Shown here one piece after another: positions 37,124 through 48,703 of a stretch of 64,000 nucleotides of DNA. How positions within the stretch are numbered: the first letter of the stretch is position 1; the number at the start of each line of letters is the position of its first letter. The stretch lies in NCBI GenBank assembly GCA_964372275.1, contig CAYJRR010000006.1:1-64000 (forward strand), read 5' to 3'. The DNA comes from an uncultured bacterium. GTDB lineage: Bacteria; CAYJRR01. A program made the translations under genes and the position numbers. The notes under the pieces were generated by a model, which was not told the origin of the DNA, did no database searches, and was given only the letters and a program-made list of their open reading frames with translations.

Positions 37124-38470
37124 ATGACCCGCCCGCTCGTGCCGACCGAGACGATCCTCGTCGACGGCAACGCCACCGCGGTCCGCTTCCGGCGCTGCAC
37201 GATGACGGTGCTGGAGGGTCCCGAGAAGGGGATGGAGGTCTCCCTCGGCAAGCGGACGATCCGCGTCGGATCGGCGCCGGAGAACGACCTGGTGCTCACC
37301 GACCGGGGCGTGAGCCGCTACCACTGCGAGATCGAGGCGCTCGACAGCGGCTATCGCCTGCGCGACCAGGCGAGTCGCAACGGCGTGTGGCTGGGTCGGG
37401 TGCGGGTGCGCGAGGCGATCCTCGGCGGGGAGGTGAAGCTGCGGCTCGGAAAGTCGACGCTGCTTTTCGCCCCCGCCGACGATTCGGTCGAGGTGACGCT
37501 CACCACGGCCGACCGGTTCGGCGAGGCGATCGGCGGCTCGGGTCCGATGCGCGAGCTGTTCGACGTCCTGGAGCGGGTCGCGCCGACCGACCTGACGGTG
37601 CTGATCGAGGGGGAGACCGGCACCGGCAAGGAGCTGCTCGCCGAGGCGATCCACCACCGGAGCCGGCGCGCCGCCGCGCCGTTCGTCGTCGTCGACTGCG
37701 GCTCGATCCCGCGCGACCTGATGGAGAGCGAGCTGTTCGGGCACGTGAAGGGATCGTTCACCGGGGCGATCGCCGACAAGCGCGGGCTGTTCGAGTCGGC
37801 CCACGGCGGCACGCTCTTCCTCGACGAGTTGGGGGAGCTCGACCTCGACCTGCAGCCGAAACTGCTCCGCGTCCTGGAGCGAGGCGAGATCCGCCGCGTC
37901 GGCGCCTCCACGCCGATCCCGATCGACGTGCGGATCGTCGCCGCCACGCACCGGGACATCCTCTCCGACGTGACGGCCGGTCGCTTCCGACAGGACCTCT
38001 ACTACCGCCTGTCGGTGGTCAAGGTTCGCGTCCCGCCGCTGCGCGAACGCCGCGAGGACATCCCCCGGATCGCCAGGGCCCTGGCCCACGCGATTGCGGA
38101 GGACTATCCCGAGATCGGCCCCCCCGATCTCGACGGGCTCGTCGCGGCGCTCGGGAGCCGCTATCGGGACTACGCCTGGCCCGGAAACGTCCGCGAGCTC
38201 CGCAACGTCGTCGAACGGGCGCTGCACATCGACGAGTCCGGCCTCCCCGCCGGTGGGGCGGGCCTTGGCGCCGACGGGGCGGCGTCCGGTTCCGCCGGGC
38301 GGAAGCCGACCTTCCGCGTCGCCAAGCACGAAGCGGTGGCGAAGTTCGAGCGCGACTTCCTCGAAGCGATCCTCTCGGAACACGGGCACAACGTCAGCCG
38401 CGCGGCGCGCGCCGCCGGCCTCGACCGGCGCAACTTCCAGAAGCTCCTCCGCAAGTACGACCTGCGCTGA
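37124..38470 (+). CDS. FHA-domain sigma54-dependent activator
   Basis: FHA (VSRYHC, SRNGVW); GETGTGKE; GSFTGA; HTH NVSRAARAAG; alternative start 37106. Confidence 0.92.
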   Translation: MTRPLVPTETILVDGNATAVRFRRCTMTVLEGPEKGMEVSLGKRTIRVGSAPENDLVLTDRGVSRYHCEIEALDSGYRLRDQASRNGVWLGRVRVREAILGGEVKLRLGKSTLLFAPADDSVEVTLTTADRFGEAIGGSGPMRELFDVLERVAPTDLTVLIEGETGTGKELLAEAIHHRSRRAAAPFVVVDCGSIPRDLMESELFGHVKGSFTGAIADKRGLFESAHGGTLFLDELGELDLDLQPKLLRVLERGEIRRVGASTPIPIDVRIVAATHRDILSDVTAGRFRQDLYYRLSVVKVRVPPLRERREDIPRIARALAHAIAEDYPEIGPPDLDGLVAALGSRYRDYAWPGNVRELRNVVERALHIDESGLPAGGAGLGADGAASGSAGRKPTFRVAKHEAVAKFERDFLEAILSEHGHNVSRAARAAGLDRRNFQKLLRKYDLR

Positions 38471-40501
38471 CTACTTCACGTCGATGGCGTGGACGCCGTC
38501 GAATCCGTCCGGCGCCGCGCGCGCGTACTGGAGGCAGCGGGCGTGCATCGCCGCCACCGGACCGTCGTCGGGAAACCGGTCGAGGAGACGCCGGAAGGCG
38601 CCGGCAGCGTCGTCGAAACGTCCGGCGGCGTAGGCATCCCACGCGGCGCGGTATTCCGGCTCCGCCGCGCGCGGCGGAAGATGGCCGCCCCGGGGGCCGA
38701 GCACCTCGTGGATCTCGACCGGCGCCTCGCGCCCCTTCACCCGCACCCGATCGACGAACCGCGCGACGACCGCCTCGCCGGCGAGACGCAAGGAGGACCC
38801 GGTGGTGAGGATGCGCGACCCGTAGATCTTGTTCGCCCCTTCGAGGCGGCTGGCGAGGTTGATCGTGTCGCCCACGGCGGTGTAGCTCTTCTGCTCCGAG
38901 CCGCCGACGTGTCCCGTGACCGCCTCTCCGGTGTGCACGCCGATCCGAGACGCGAGAAGGGCCCCCTTCGCTTCCCAGCCGCGCGCGAGTTCGCGCGTCG
39001 CGTCGGCCATCTCGATCGCGGCGGCGAGCGCGCGCGCGGCGTGCCCGTCGACCGCGACCGGCGCGTTCCAGAGGGCCATCACCGCGTCGCCGATGAACTT
39101 GTCGATCATGCCGTCGTGCTTCTCGATCACCTTCGCGCAGGTCGCGAAGTATTCGTTCAGGCGGCGCACGACGCGCTGCGGATCCTCCCCTTCCGAGAAA
39201 CGGGTGAACCCGGCGAGATCACAGAACAGGCAGGTGACGGTGCGCGTCGCCCCTTGGAGGCCGAGCTCCTCCGGATGCGCCAGGATGTAGTCGAAGTACT
39301 TCCGCGGGACCGAGAGCTTCATCGTCCTCTCGATCCGTTCCCCCTTCTCCAGCTCTCCGGCCATCCGGTTGAGCGCCTCTCCCACCGCCGCCAGCTCGTC
39401 GCGCGTGCCGACCTCCACCCGATGGCGGAAGTTCCGATCGCGCAGGGCGTCGGTCCCCTCCACCAGCCGGCGAACCGCCTCCCGCATCGGAGCGGAGACG
39501 CCGTGCGCGATCGCCAGTCCTCCGACCAGCGCCAGCCCGCCCACCGCGACCAGGCCCAGCCACAGCCGGCGCTTCACCGCCCGGTCGCGCGCGAGCGGAC
39601 GCAGGAGCACGGTGTCGACCCCGGCGACGCCTTGCGGGAGTCCGATCTTCATGCGCCGGTAGCGGAACGGCCGGCGGTCGATCGACACCTCTCCGGCGTC
39701 ACCGAGCCGGCGGACGATTTCCGGCGCGCCGGGAAACTCCGTCAGGAAGTCCGGTCGGGTGAGGATCGACGTGCGCGTCTGGAACAGGACCTCCATCCCG
39801 GTCGCCGCGGAGAGAACCTGGAGGTCGTCCCCGTGCAGGCGGTTTCCGATCAGGAACGCTCCCGGTCCGCCGTTCTCCTGGTCCTTCAGCGGCACCGCGC
39901 CCACGACGAACAGTCCGGTGGCCGCCTCGCCGAAGATCGGAGGGATCGCCGGGTCGCCGGGTCCCGCGACGACCGTTCCGAGGCGACCCTGCAGCGCATG
40001 TCGAACGATCTCGTACGCCGACCAGTCGGGACCGCCGGCGTCGTCGGGGTCGGCCCGGTTCCAGACGACTCGCCCGTCGGAGGCGATGGCCGCGAAGAGG
40101 TCGGCGCTCAGAACGGGATACCAGGAGAGGCTGGCGTTGATGTCGGCCAGCGATTGGATGCGGTCGTGCCATTCCGGAAGCGAGTCCCTGGCGGCGGTGC
40201 GGGCCGACCGGACGGTCGCCTCCAATACCGGTGCGGAGGAGATCGCTTCGTCCTGCGCGATGGTGAGGACCTGCGCCGCCTGGTCGGCGAGGAACTTCGG
40301 CAGCGCCGACCGGCGGACCTCCTCGAATCTCGCCTCCGCCGACTGGCCGATGCTCGACTCGATCAGCCGCGCGGCGACGACCGCGACCGCCGCCAGCGCC
40401 AGGGCGAGGACGACCGCGACGACGCGGATGATGCGCCGGCCGAAGCTGTCGGGGGGCCCGGCGGGGGCTCCGGCTGCGGCCATCTTCGACCCGGGCTCCA
40501 T
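38471..40501 (-). CDS. Membrane class III adenylate cyclase with periplasmic sensor and HAMP
   Basis: LFCDLAGFT, DKFIGDAVMA, YTAVGDTINLASRLE, VKGR; two TMs; start reassigned to ATG 40501. Confidence 0.92.
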   Translation of the reverse strand: MEPGSKMAAAGAPAGPPDSFGRRIIRVVAVVLALALAAVAVVAARLIESSIGQSAEARFEEVRRSALPKFLADQAAQVLTIAQDEAISSAPVLEATVRSARTAARDSLPEWHDRIQSLADINASLSWYPVLSADLFAAIASDGRVVWNRADPDDAGGPDWSAYEIVRHALQGRLGTVVAGPGDPAIPPIFGEAATGLFVVGAVPLKDQENGGPGAFLIGNRLHGDDLQVLSAATGMEVLFQTRTSILTRPDFLTEFPGAPEIVRRLGDAGEVSIDRRPFRYRRMKIGLPQGVAGVDTVLLRPLARDRAVKRRLWLGLVAVGGLALVGGLAIAHGVSAPMREAVRRLVEGTDALRDRNFRHRVEVGTRDELAAVGEALNRMAGELEKGERIERTMKLSVPRKYFDYILAHPEELGLQGATRTVTCLFCDLAGFTRFSEGEDPQRVVRRLNEYFATCAKVIEKHDGMIDKFIGDAVMALWNAPVAVDGHAARALAAAIEMADATRELARGWEAKGALLASRIGVHTGEAVTGHVGGSEQKSYTAVGDTINLASRLEGANKIYGSRILTTGSSLRLAGEAVVARFVDRVRVKGREAPVEIHEVLGPRGGHLPPRAAEPEYRAAWDAYAAGRFDDAAGAFRRLLDRFPDDGPVAAMHARCLQYARAAPDGFDGVHAIDVK

Positions 40502-40542
40502 CCGTTTCCATTTGTAATACGACCCGTTGCGCTTTTCGTGGC

Positions 40543-40570
40543 GGAATTGCGCGAAAGCCGAAATAGTCGA
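40543..40570 (+). promoter_or_regulatory. Putative autoregulatory ECF sigma promoter
   Basis: GGAATT-N17-GTCGA upstream of the ECF gene; same spacing recurs at 54344-54370. Confidence 0.6.
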
Positions 40571-40603
40571 CCGCCTCCGACCGTAGGGGAGCCGGGAACG
40601 TCC

Positions 40604-41197
40604 ATGCCCGAAACCGCCGACGACGAAACAGCGGCCGCGGCGGTCGTCCGGGGGAAGAGGGAGTGTTTCGCCGAGCTGGTTCGGCGGCACCAGGGGACGG
40701 TCTACCGCATCGCCCGCCGGATCCTGAACGACGACGGGGAGGCGGCCGATGCGGCGCAAGAGGCGTTCGTGAAGGCGTATCGCAACCTGCCGAGCTTCGA
40801 CACCAGCCGGGCGTTTGCGCCCTGGCTCTATCGCATCGCCCGCAACCACGCGCTCGACGTGTCGCGGAAGCGGGGCGCATCGCCGGAGCGGCTCGAGGCG
40901 GAGGAGATCGGGGAGGACGACGGGGGGGCCGGGGCGGTCGGCCGGGACGTGGCCGATCCCGAGGCCCCAAGCGCGCTCGACTCGCTCGAAGCGGCCGAAC
41001 GCGGGCGCCGGGTCGCCGAGGCGCTCGAGCGGCTCGATCCGAAGTACCGCGAGGTCGTCGAGCTCTACCATTTCGAGGAGCTCACCTACGCCGAGATCGC
41101 CGAAACGCTCGGGGTGCCGATCGGGACGGTGATGACGCGCCTGTTCCGTGCCCGCGGGCGTCTCGCCGAGTTGATGAAGGGGGCGATTGCGGCATGA
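40604..41197 (+). CDS. ECF RNA polymerase sigma factor (RpoE/SigW-like)
   Basis: DAAQEAFVKAY, FAPWLYRIARN, YAEIAETLGVPIGTVMTRLFRAR. Confidence 0.93.
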   Translation: MPETADDETAAAAVVRGKRECFAELVRRHQGTVYRIARRILNDDGEAADAAQEAFVKAYRNLPSFDTSRAFAPWLYRIARNHALDVSRKRGASPERLEAEEIGEDDGGAGAVGRDVADPEAPSALDSLEAAERGRRVAEALERLDPKYREVVELYHFEELTYAEIAETLGVPIGTVMTRLFRARGRLAELMKGAIAA

Positions 41198-41802
41198 CCT
41201 TCCTCACGCACCTCGAAGAGTCGACGGTCCAGCGGTTCGCCGAGGGGGCTCTCCCGGCGGCCGAGCGCTCGGCGGCCGAGGCGCATCTCGAGCACTGCGG
41301 CCACTGCCGGCGGCGCGTCTCGGATCTCTCGCGCGTCGCCGGCGCGCTCGCGTCGGTTCGTTCGGCCGCGCTCCTGCCCGAGCCCCCCGCCGACTTCGCC
41401 GCGCGGGTGATGGCGCGCGTGGCGTTGGAACCGGCGTTCGTGCCCTCGGCCCTGGAGGCGGCGCGCGACCGCGGGCCCTCCCCGGTGGAGCGGTTCCGTG
41501 CGCGGGACGCCCTTCCGGCGCTTCTCGCCGGCGTCGCGGCGATCGTCTGCGGAGTCGCGCTGGTCACCGTCGGCGGCGGTGCGCTTCCGCTCGCCGGCGA
41601 GGCGGCGCGCTCCGTGACGACGCTGGCCCACGCCGCCGGAAGGCTGGGGCTCGCCCTGACCGTCCTGCGCGCCGCGCTTCCGGTGCTCGCCGCCGCCGCC
41701 GTGGCGTCGCTCGTGGTGCTGTGGCCCCTGCTGGCGAAGGCGCTCACGCTTCCCCCCCGCCCCGCGCGCCGCGCGGCGCGAATCGGTTCCCGAGGTCGAT
41801 GA
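41194..41802 (+). CDS. Zinc-binding (ZAS, zf-HC2) transmembrane anti-sigma factor
   Basis: HLEHCGHC motif; TM helices; ATGA-coupled to the sigma gene. Confidence 0.88.
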   Translation: MTFLTHLEESTVQRFAEGALPAAERSAAEAHLEHCGHCRRRVSDLSRVAGALASVRSAALLPEPPADFAARVMARVALEPAFVPSALEAARDRGPSPVERFRARDALPALLAGVAAIVCGVALVTVGGGALPLAGEAARSVTTLAHAAGRLGLALTVLRAALPVLAAAAVASLVVLWPLLAKALTLPPRPARRAARIGSRGR

Positions 41803-43214
41803 TGAAGACGCTGCGATTCGTTCCCGTGATCCTGACCCTCACCGCGGCGCCCGCACTCGCCACGGCGGCCAAGCCACCGGCCGCAGGCCCGGCGGCCGCG
41901 CCGACGCCCGCAGACCCGACGCGCGCGCGAGCGACGTCGCTCGTCGGCGATCTTTCCGAAGAGGTCGTCTTCCGCTCGCAGCGCGCGCGGCGACTGTTCG
42001 AGCGGGGCGAGATCTCGCCGGCGAAGCGGGACGAGATCGGACGGGCAATGGAGCGCGGGATCGAGCAGGTGGTCGCGCAGTCGGACCGGGTGAAGGGGGC
42101 GCTCTCCACGATGGCGACCTTCGGGTCCGCCGAACGGAACGCGCTTCGCGACGAGCTTCGGGCGGTGGAGACGACCGCCTCGCGCGCGTCCGAGGACATC
42201 GCGAACGTCCGCACCCACGACGACGAGACGGAGGAGACGCTCCAGGAGATCGCGTCCGAGATCGAGGAGATCTCCGACCGCGCCGGCTCGCTCGCGGAGG
42301 AGGTGGAGGAGCTCGCATCCCCAGGGGCCGGCGGCGACTCCGGATCGCCGACGCTCGGGGACGGGGGGGCGCGCCGACACGGTGGCGTGCGGATCGATTC
42401 CGACGACCGGGTCGCCTTCGGCGGATCGGTGACCGTCGACCCGGGGACGGAGGTCAGCGACGCCGTCGCCTTCGGAGGGACGGTGACGGTCGCCGGCGAC
42501 GTCCGCGGGGATGCCGTGGCGTTCGGCGGCGACGTGCGCATCGCCGACGGCGGTCACGTGCGCGGCGACGCGGCGAGCTTCGGCGGACGGGTGGTGGTGG
42601 AGGACGGCGGCGTGATCGACGGCGAGACGATCCAGCTCGGGACGGCCGGTCTCGCCGGCAGCATTCTGGGCGCGCTCAACCGGCCGGCGGCGACCGTCTT
42701 CTCCTGGCCGACGCGGATGGGTTTCTGGTTCCTCGGAGCCGGCGCGCGGTTCCTCTGTTTCTTCCTCCTCGGCCTGCTCGTCCTCGGTCTGGCGCCGAGC
42801 CGGGTGCTCGCCGTGGCGTCGGCGGTCGAGCGCGAGCCGGCCAAGGCGGCGGGGGTCGGGTTGCTCGGCGCGCTCGCCTTCCTCCCGGTCACGCTGCTCC
42901 TGGTTTGCACCATCGTCGGGATCGCGGTCGTGCCGATCTTCTGGCTCGCGACCGTCCTCGCCGGCTTCTTCGGCTTCGTGGCGGTGGCGTTGGTGATCGC
43001 CCGCCGTCTCCCGACGAAGCGGAAGTTGACCCAGGCCGGACTCCTCGCGGTCGGATCGGCGGTGGTGGTCTCGGTCGGCCTGGTCCCGGTGATCGGAAAG
43101 CTCCTCTGGCTGGCGGGCGGGCTGATGGCGATCGGGGGCGTGCTGATGACGCGCTTCGGCCAGGACGGCTCGGGCGGAGACGTCGCCGTCCCGGCGTCTG
43201 CCGAGCCGGCCTGA
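41799..43214 (+). CDS. Membrane protein with coiled coil, bactofilin-like beta-helix repeats and multiple C-terminal TMs
   Basis: Signal peptide; repeats D-[AR]-[VA]-[AS]-FGG-x-V x4; several hydrophobic helices. Confidence 0.75.
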   Translation: MMKTLRFVPVILTLTAAPALATAAKPPAAGPAAAPTPADPTRARATSLVGDLSEEVVFRSQRARRLFERGEISPAKRDEIGRAMERGIEQVVAQSDRVKGALSTMATFGSAERNALRDELRAVETTASRASEDIANVRTHDDETEETLQEIASEIEEISDRAGSLAEEVEELASPGAGGDSGSPTLGDGGARRHGGVRIDSDDRVAFGGSVTVDPGTEVSDAVAFGGTVTVAGDVRGDAVAFGGDVRIADGGHVRGDAASFGGRVVVEDGGVIDGETIQLGTAGLAGSILGALNRPAATVFSWPTRMGFWFLGAGARFLCFFLLGLLVLGLAPSRVLAVASAVEREPAKAAGVGLLGALAFLPVTLLLVCTIVGIAVVPIFWLATVLAGFFGFVAVALVIARRLPTKRKLTQAGLLAVGSAVVVSVGLVPVIGKLLWLAGGLMAIGGVLMTRFGQDGSGGDVAVPASAEPA

Positions 43215-43242
43215 CGATTCGGCGCCGGGCGGCCGCCGGCCG

Positions 43243-45120
43243 TCAGTAGGGGGTGGCGATGACGACGCCGGCGAACACCCACGTCGAGCCGCCGGTCTCG
43301 CGCGCGCCTTCGAGGAGCGCGGCGGGCCTCGTCACCGCCACCCCGGCCCGGAGGCGCGCGAACTCCGGGCCGACGCGCAGTACGGCGAAGATCGACTCGG
43401 CGTCGTCGATCTCCGGAGCGGCCGGCGTGGCCCCGGGGATCCCGTCGGCACCGCCGGCCCACACGGCCCCTTCCGCGCCGAACCCGATTCCGAGCACCGG
43501 CCGGGGATAGGAGAGGACGTATTCCACGCGGCCGCGCGCATATCCGCGGCCGAAGGCGAGGTCACGGCTCCGTCCCGCGGGACCCCGGCCCCCTCCGATC
43601 TCGAACTCGCGCCAGAACGGGATCGACCCGCCGGAGAGCAGGCCCCCGTCGGCGGTGATCTCGATGCGCTGGCGTCGCGACGCCAGGAAGATGCTTTCGC
43701 CGCGGAAGGTGGCGTGGGTGACGGGGCTCTCCCCGCGGTCGAGCGAGATCCCCGCGCGCAGGTCGAGACGCGACGGCGTCTCGAGCCCCACCTGGTGGCG
43801 CAGTGTCAGTCCCAGCTCGCCGCCGAGCCAGGGGAGCTCGAGACGGCCGGCGCCGGCGGCGGGCGCTTCGCCGCTTGCAGCGGTGTCCCCGAGGGCGTCG
43901 ATCGAAAGCCACCGCGCTCCACCCCGCAAGGCCAGCATCCCCGTCGCCGCGCCGTCCTCCCGCAGCGGGAGATCGAGGCCGATCGTGCCGAGCAGCCGGT
44001 CCTCGCCCAGCCGCGCGCGGAGATCGGGCCGGTCGATCCCCGACGATCGACCGGCCTCGAGCGACAGGAATCCGCCGGGCGCGTCCCGGTCGCGGCGGAA
44101 GAGACTCATCTCGGCCTCCGCGCCGAATCGAAAGAACTCGTCGACCTCGCCCCGCGCGAGCGACGCCGCGTCGGCGCCGGCCAGATCGGCCCGGAGTTCC
44201 ACCGAACGCCCGCCTCCGACGTTGCGCAGCCGGTTCTCGATCGACGCGGCGGTGAACCCCTCGTCCGCGACGAGCTCCATCCGGGAGTCCGGGGCGTGGA
44301 CCTCGGCGACGGTGACCGTCAGGCGGAGCGCGCCATCGCGAAGCTCCGGCGGCAGATCCCCGGTCTCCGGCTCGACGCCGAATCCGACCGAGGAGAACAG
44401 CCCCGTGCGGTAGAGCGCGGCCTGTCCGTCGACGAGCGCGTCGCTGTCGTAGAGGTCGCCGGGACGGATCCCCAGCACCTCGCGAACCCGGCGCGCGCCG
44501 GTCCGCCGCGCCCCGATCACCGTCACGGCCGCGATGCGCCCTTCGACCACGCGGAAGGTGACGACCCCCTCGGCGATTCCGCCGCTGCGGACCTGGACCG
44601 CCTCGTGCCCGTCGCGGCGATAGCGCTCGGCGATGCGCCGCGCATCCCGCTCGACGGCGCGCGCGTTGGCCGCTCCACCCGCCTTCGTCTCGAGGACCCC
44701 GAGCAGCGCGCGTCCGCCGTCGAACGCGGTGGCCCCGTCGATCTCGACGCGCGCCACCGGCGGATGTTCGGTCAGCCGCACCTGCAGCGCGCAACCTCCG
44801 TCGCGCGGAACGATCAGGGCGCGGACGTCGGAGAACCAGCCGGTCTCCAGCACCGCCTGCTCCAGCCTCGCCAATCCGAGGATCGACGCCGACGATCCCT
44901 CGCCCGACGGCAGCACCGCCCGCACCTCGCGCTCGTCGGCGCGCTCGAGACCGACGAGCTCCACGCCGCCGATCGGCACCCCCTCCGGCCGATCGCAGGC
45001 CGGCTCGCGCGCGCGGGGGGCCGGCACCGCTGACATCGGCACGCCGACACCGAGCGCAAACGCGAGCGCCGCTCCGATTCGACAGACGACGACTGCGCGC
45101 ACCCGCCCGCCGCGGATCAC
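43243..45120 (-). CDS. POTRA-domain outer-membrane protein (Omp85/BamA-TamA-like, divergent)
   Basis: Repeated POTRA motifs (LETGWFSDV, YRRDGH, VVEGRIAAVTVIG, LYRTGLFSSV); beta-rich C-terminus ending in Tyr; GTG start overlaps the etfA stop. Confidence 0.72.
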   Translation of the reverse strand: MIRGGRVRAVVVCRIGAALAFALGVGVPMSAVPAPRAREPACDRPEGVPIGGVELVGLERADEREVRAVLPSGEGSSASILGLARLEQAVLETGWFSDVRALIVPRDGGCALQVRLTEHPPVARVEIDGATAFDGGRALLGVLETKAGGAANARAVERDARRIAERYRRDGHEAVQVRSGGIAEGVVTFRVVEGRIAAVTVIGARRTGARRVREVLGIRPGDLYDSDALVDGQAALYRTGLFSSVGFGVEPETGDLPPELRDGALRLTVTVAEVHAPDSRMELVADEGFTAASIENRLRNVGGGRSVELRADLAGADAASLARGEVDEFFRFGAEAEMSLFRRDRDAPGGFLSLEAGRSSGIDRPDLRARLGEDRLLGTIGLDLPLREDGAATGMLALRGGARWLSIDALGDTAASGEAPAAGAGRLELPWLGGELGLTLRHQVGLETPSRLDLRAGISLDRGESPVTHATFRGESIFLASRRQRIEITADGGLLSGGSIPFWREFEIGGGRGPAGRSRDLAFGRGYARGRVEYVLSYPRPVLGIGFGAEGAVWAGGADGIPGATPAAPEIDDAESIFAVLRVGPEFARLRAGVAVTRPAALLEGARETGGSTWVFAGVVIATPY

Positions 45121-46097
45121 TCCGCGAGGAGCTTCTTGATCTCCGCCTTCAGCGCCGGGACGACCTGGAACAGGTCGCCGACCACGCCGTAGTCGGCCTT
45201 CTGGAAGATCGGTGCGTCGGGATCCTTGTTCACCGCCACGATCACCTTCGAGGTCCGCATCCCGGCCAGGTGCTGGATCGCGCCGGAGATGCCGAACGCC
45301 AGGTAGAGCTTGGGGCTGACGGTCTTGCCGGTCTGACCGACCTGCATGGCGTGCGGCGCGTAGCCGGAGTCGACCGCCGCGCGCGACGCGCCGACCGTGG
45401 CCTGCGGGCCGATGGCGTCGGCCAGCTCCCACAGGAGCTTGAAGTTCGCCGCCTCCTTCATCGCCCGTCCGCCGGAGACGATGATCTCCGCTTCGGTCAG
45501 GTCGGGGCGGTCGGACTCCCCCTTCACCACTTCGCGCACCTTGTACTTCGCCGGGGCGAAGCTGCCGGCAAGCGACATCACCTCGGCCATCCCGGCCTCG
45601 GCCGCCGGGACCGGGAAGGTGTTTGGCCGGACCGTCGCCACCGCCGTCGTTCCGGCGAAGGTGACGAGCGCATAGCACTTGCCGGCGTAGAGCGGCCGTT
45701 TGGCGATGAGGCTTCCTTCCCAGCGCAGGTCGACGCAGTCGTTGGCGAAGCCGGCGCCGATCCGCGCCGCGACGCGCGGAAGGGTGTCCTTCCCGGCCGA
45801 CGAGGCGGTGCCGAGCACGATCGCCGGTCCGATCTCCTTCACTACCGCCGCCACGGCGGAAGACCAGCTCTCGGCGTTGTAGTGCTCGTGCGACGGATCG
45901 TCGACGACGTGCACCTTGGAGACGCCGTACTTCCCCAGCTCGGGGGCCGCCGCCTTGACGCCGTTCCCCACCAGCAGGGCGTGCACCTGTCCGCCGGTCC
46001 GCGCGGCGAGGGTCTTGGCCACCCCCGCCAGCTCGGCGCTGTACTTCTTGATCTTCCCGTTGGCGTGCTCCGCGAGGAGCAGGATCTCTTTGGCCAT
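45117..46097 (-). CDS. etfA: Electron transfer flavoprotein alpha subunit
   Basis: [34 protein letters not shown]. Confidence 0.96.
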   Translation of the reverse strand: MAKEILLLAEHANGKIKKYSAELAGVAKTLAARTGGQVHALLVGNGVKAAAPELGKYGVSKVHVVDDPSHEHYNAESWSSAVAAVVKEIGPAIVLGTASSAGKDTLPRVAARIGAGFANDCVDLRWEGSLIAKRPLYAGKCYALVTFAGTTAVATVRPNTFPVPAAEAGMAEVMSLAGSFAPAKYKVREVVKGESDRPDLTEAEIIVSGGRAMKEAANFKLLWELADAIGPQATVGASRAAVDSGYAPHAMQVGQTGKTVSPKLYLAFGISGAIQHLAGMRTSKVIVAVNKDPDAPIFQKADYGVVGDLFQVVPALKAEIKKLLAE

Positions 46098-46882
46098 CTA
46101 GAGCACCTTCGCTTCGTTGCGGAGTGCCTGCACCAGCTCGCGCGCCACGTCGGCCGGCTCCCCTTTGAACATCTTCACCGCTCCGCGCTCCGCCGGGAGG
46201 GAGAACCCTCCGACCGCGAGCCGCCCGCCGACCGTCGCCGCGTCGACCCCCAGGTCGGCGAGCGACTTCACCGCGAGCGGCTTGGTCTTCGCCTTCATGA
46301 TCCCGGGGAGGCTGGCGAACCGCGGCTCGTTCATCTTCCAGTCGCAGCCGACGATCGCCGGAAGCTGCGCCTCGACCACCTCGACCGCGCCGCCGGAGAC
46401 CTTGCGACGGACGACCACCGCCTTCTTGTCGGCGGAGAGCTCGATCCCGCCGGCGACCTGCACCGCCGCCCAGCCGAGGATCTCGGCCGTCATCGGCCCC
46501 ACCGCCTGCATGTCGTCGTCGACCGCGCGCGTCCCGGAGAGCACCAGGTCGACCGCCTCGGCCTTCAGCGCCGCCGCCAACGCCCGCGCGATCCCCAGCG
46601 AGTCGGCGCCGTCGAGCGCCGGATCCTGCACGTGGATGCCGCGGTCGGCCCCCATCGCCATCGCCGTCCGCATGTGGATCTGCACCGAGGCCGGCCCGGC
46701 GGCGAAGACCACCACCTCGGAGCCGGCATTCTGCTCCTTGGTCTTGACCGCCGCTTCGATGGCGAACTCGTCGTAGGGGTTGATGATGTACTTGATGTCG
46801 GCGCTCTCGATTCCAGAGGCGTCGGCCTTGATCTTGATCTTGGTCTCGGTGTCCGGGACCTGCTTCAGCAGGATTCCGATCT

Positions 46883-46886
<4 letters not shown>
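46098..46886 (-). CDS. etfB: Electron transfer flavoprotein beta subunit
   Basis: [42 protein letters not shown] start 46886. Confidence 0.96.
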
Positions 46887-48022
<1,136 letters not shown>

Positions 48023-48042
48023 GGAGGGCTCGCGGAAAAAGT

Positions 48043-48651
48043 CTAGGCGGCCAGACCGTCGATCAGCAGACTCGCGACGTTCTCCGCCACCGCCCCCATC
48101 TGGAAGCGGGGGTCGGCTCGCTTCTTACGCTGCAGCACGCGGTGCAGCGAGATCTCGTCGAGCGCGCCGAAGACCGCCCCCATCGCCACCCCGGTCGGGA
48201 TTTCGCGCTTGAAGACGCCGCGCCGCTGCCCTTCGGAGAGGATCGCCGCCAGCTGCTCCAGGTAGCGGTCGAGCATCGCGATCGGCTTGAACTCGGTGAG
48301 GAACTTGTCGGAGAAGCGCAGCTCGACGAGCAGCACCTCCGCCAGGTCCGGATCGCGGTCGGCGAACTCCAGGTGGTACTTGCAGAAGTAGCGCAGGCGG
48401 TCGCGCGGGTCGTCGAGCCCCTTCAGGCCCTTCTGCAACCCGTCGATGATCGCGTTCATCCCCTCCTCGATGATCGAGATGAGGATGGCGTCCTTGCTCG
48501 CGAAGTAGAGGTAGATCGTCCCGTCGGCGACCCCCGCCTCGCGCGCCACGTCGGAGACCCGCGCGCTGGCGAAACCCTTGCGCGCGAACACCTTCATGGC
48601 GGCGGAGAGGATCCTGCTTCGCTTCCCGGGGTCGGCTTTGGTGCGGGCCAT
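48043..48651 (-). CDS. TetR family regulator (fatty-acid metabolism FadR/YsiA-like)
   Basis: [22 protein letters not shown]; heads the acd-etfBA operon. Confidence 0.9.
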   Translation of the reverse strand: MARTKADPGKRSRILSAAMKVFARKGFASARVSDVAREAGVADGTIYLYFASKDAILISIIEEGMNAIIDGLQKGLKGLDDPRDRLRYFCKYHLEFADRDPDLAEVLLVELRFSDKFLTEFKPIAMLDRYLEQLAAILSEGQRRGVFKREIPTGVAMGAVFGALDEISLHRVLQRKKRADPRFQMGAVAENVASLLIDGLAA

Positions 48652-48703
48652 AGGAAGGGGCGGAGTACCACGGTGTGACGCAACTGTCAAAGCCCCGCCG
48701 GGC

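Noticed and set aside
14344-40501. Direct cAMP link between the adenylate cyclase and the cNMP-like redox protein
   Set aside because: The genes are over 20 kb apart and the cNMP pocket is degenerate; no sequence support
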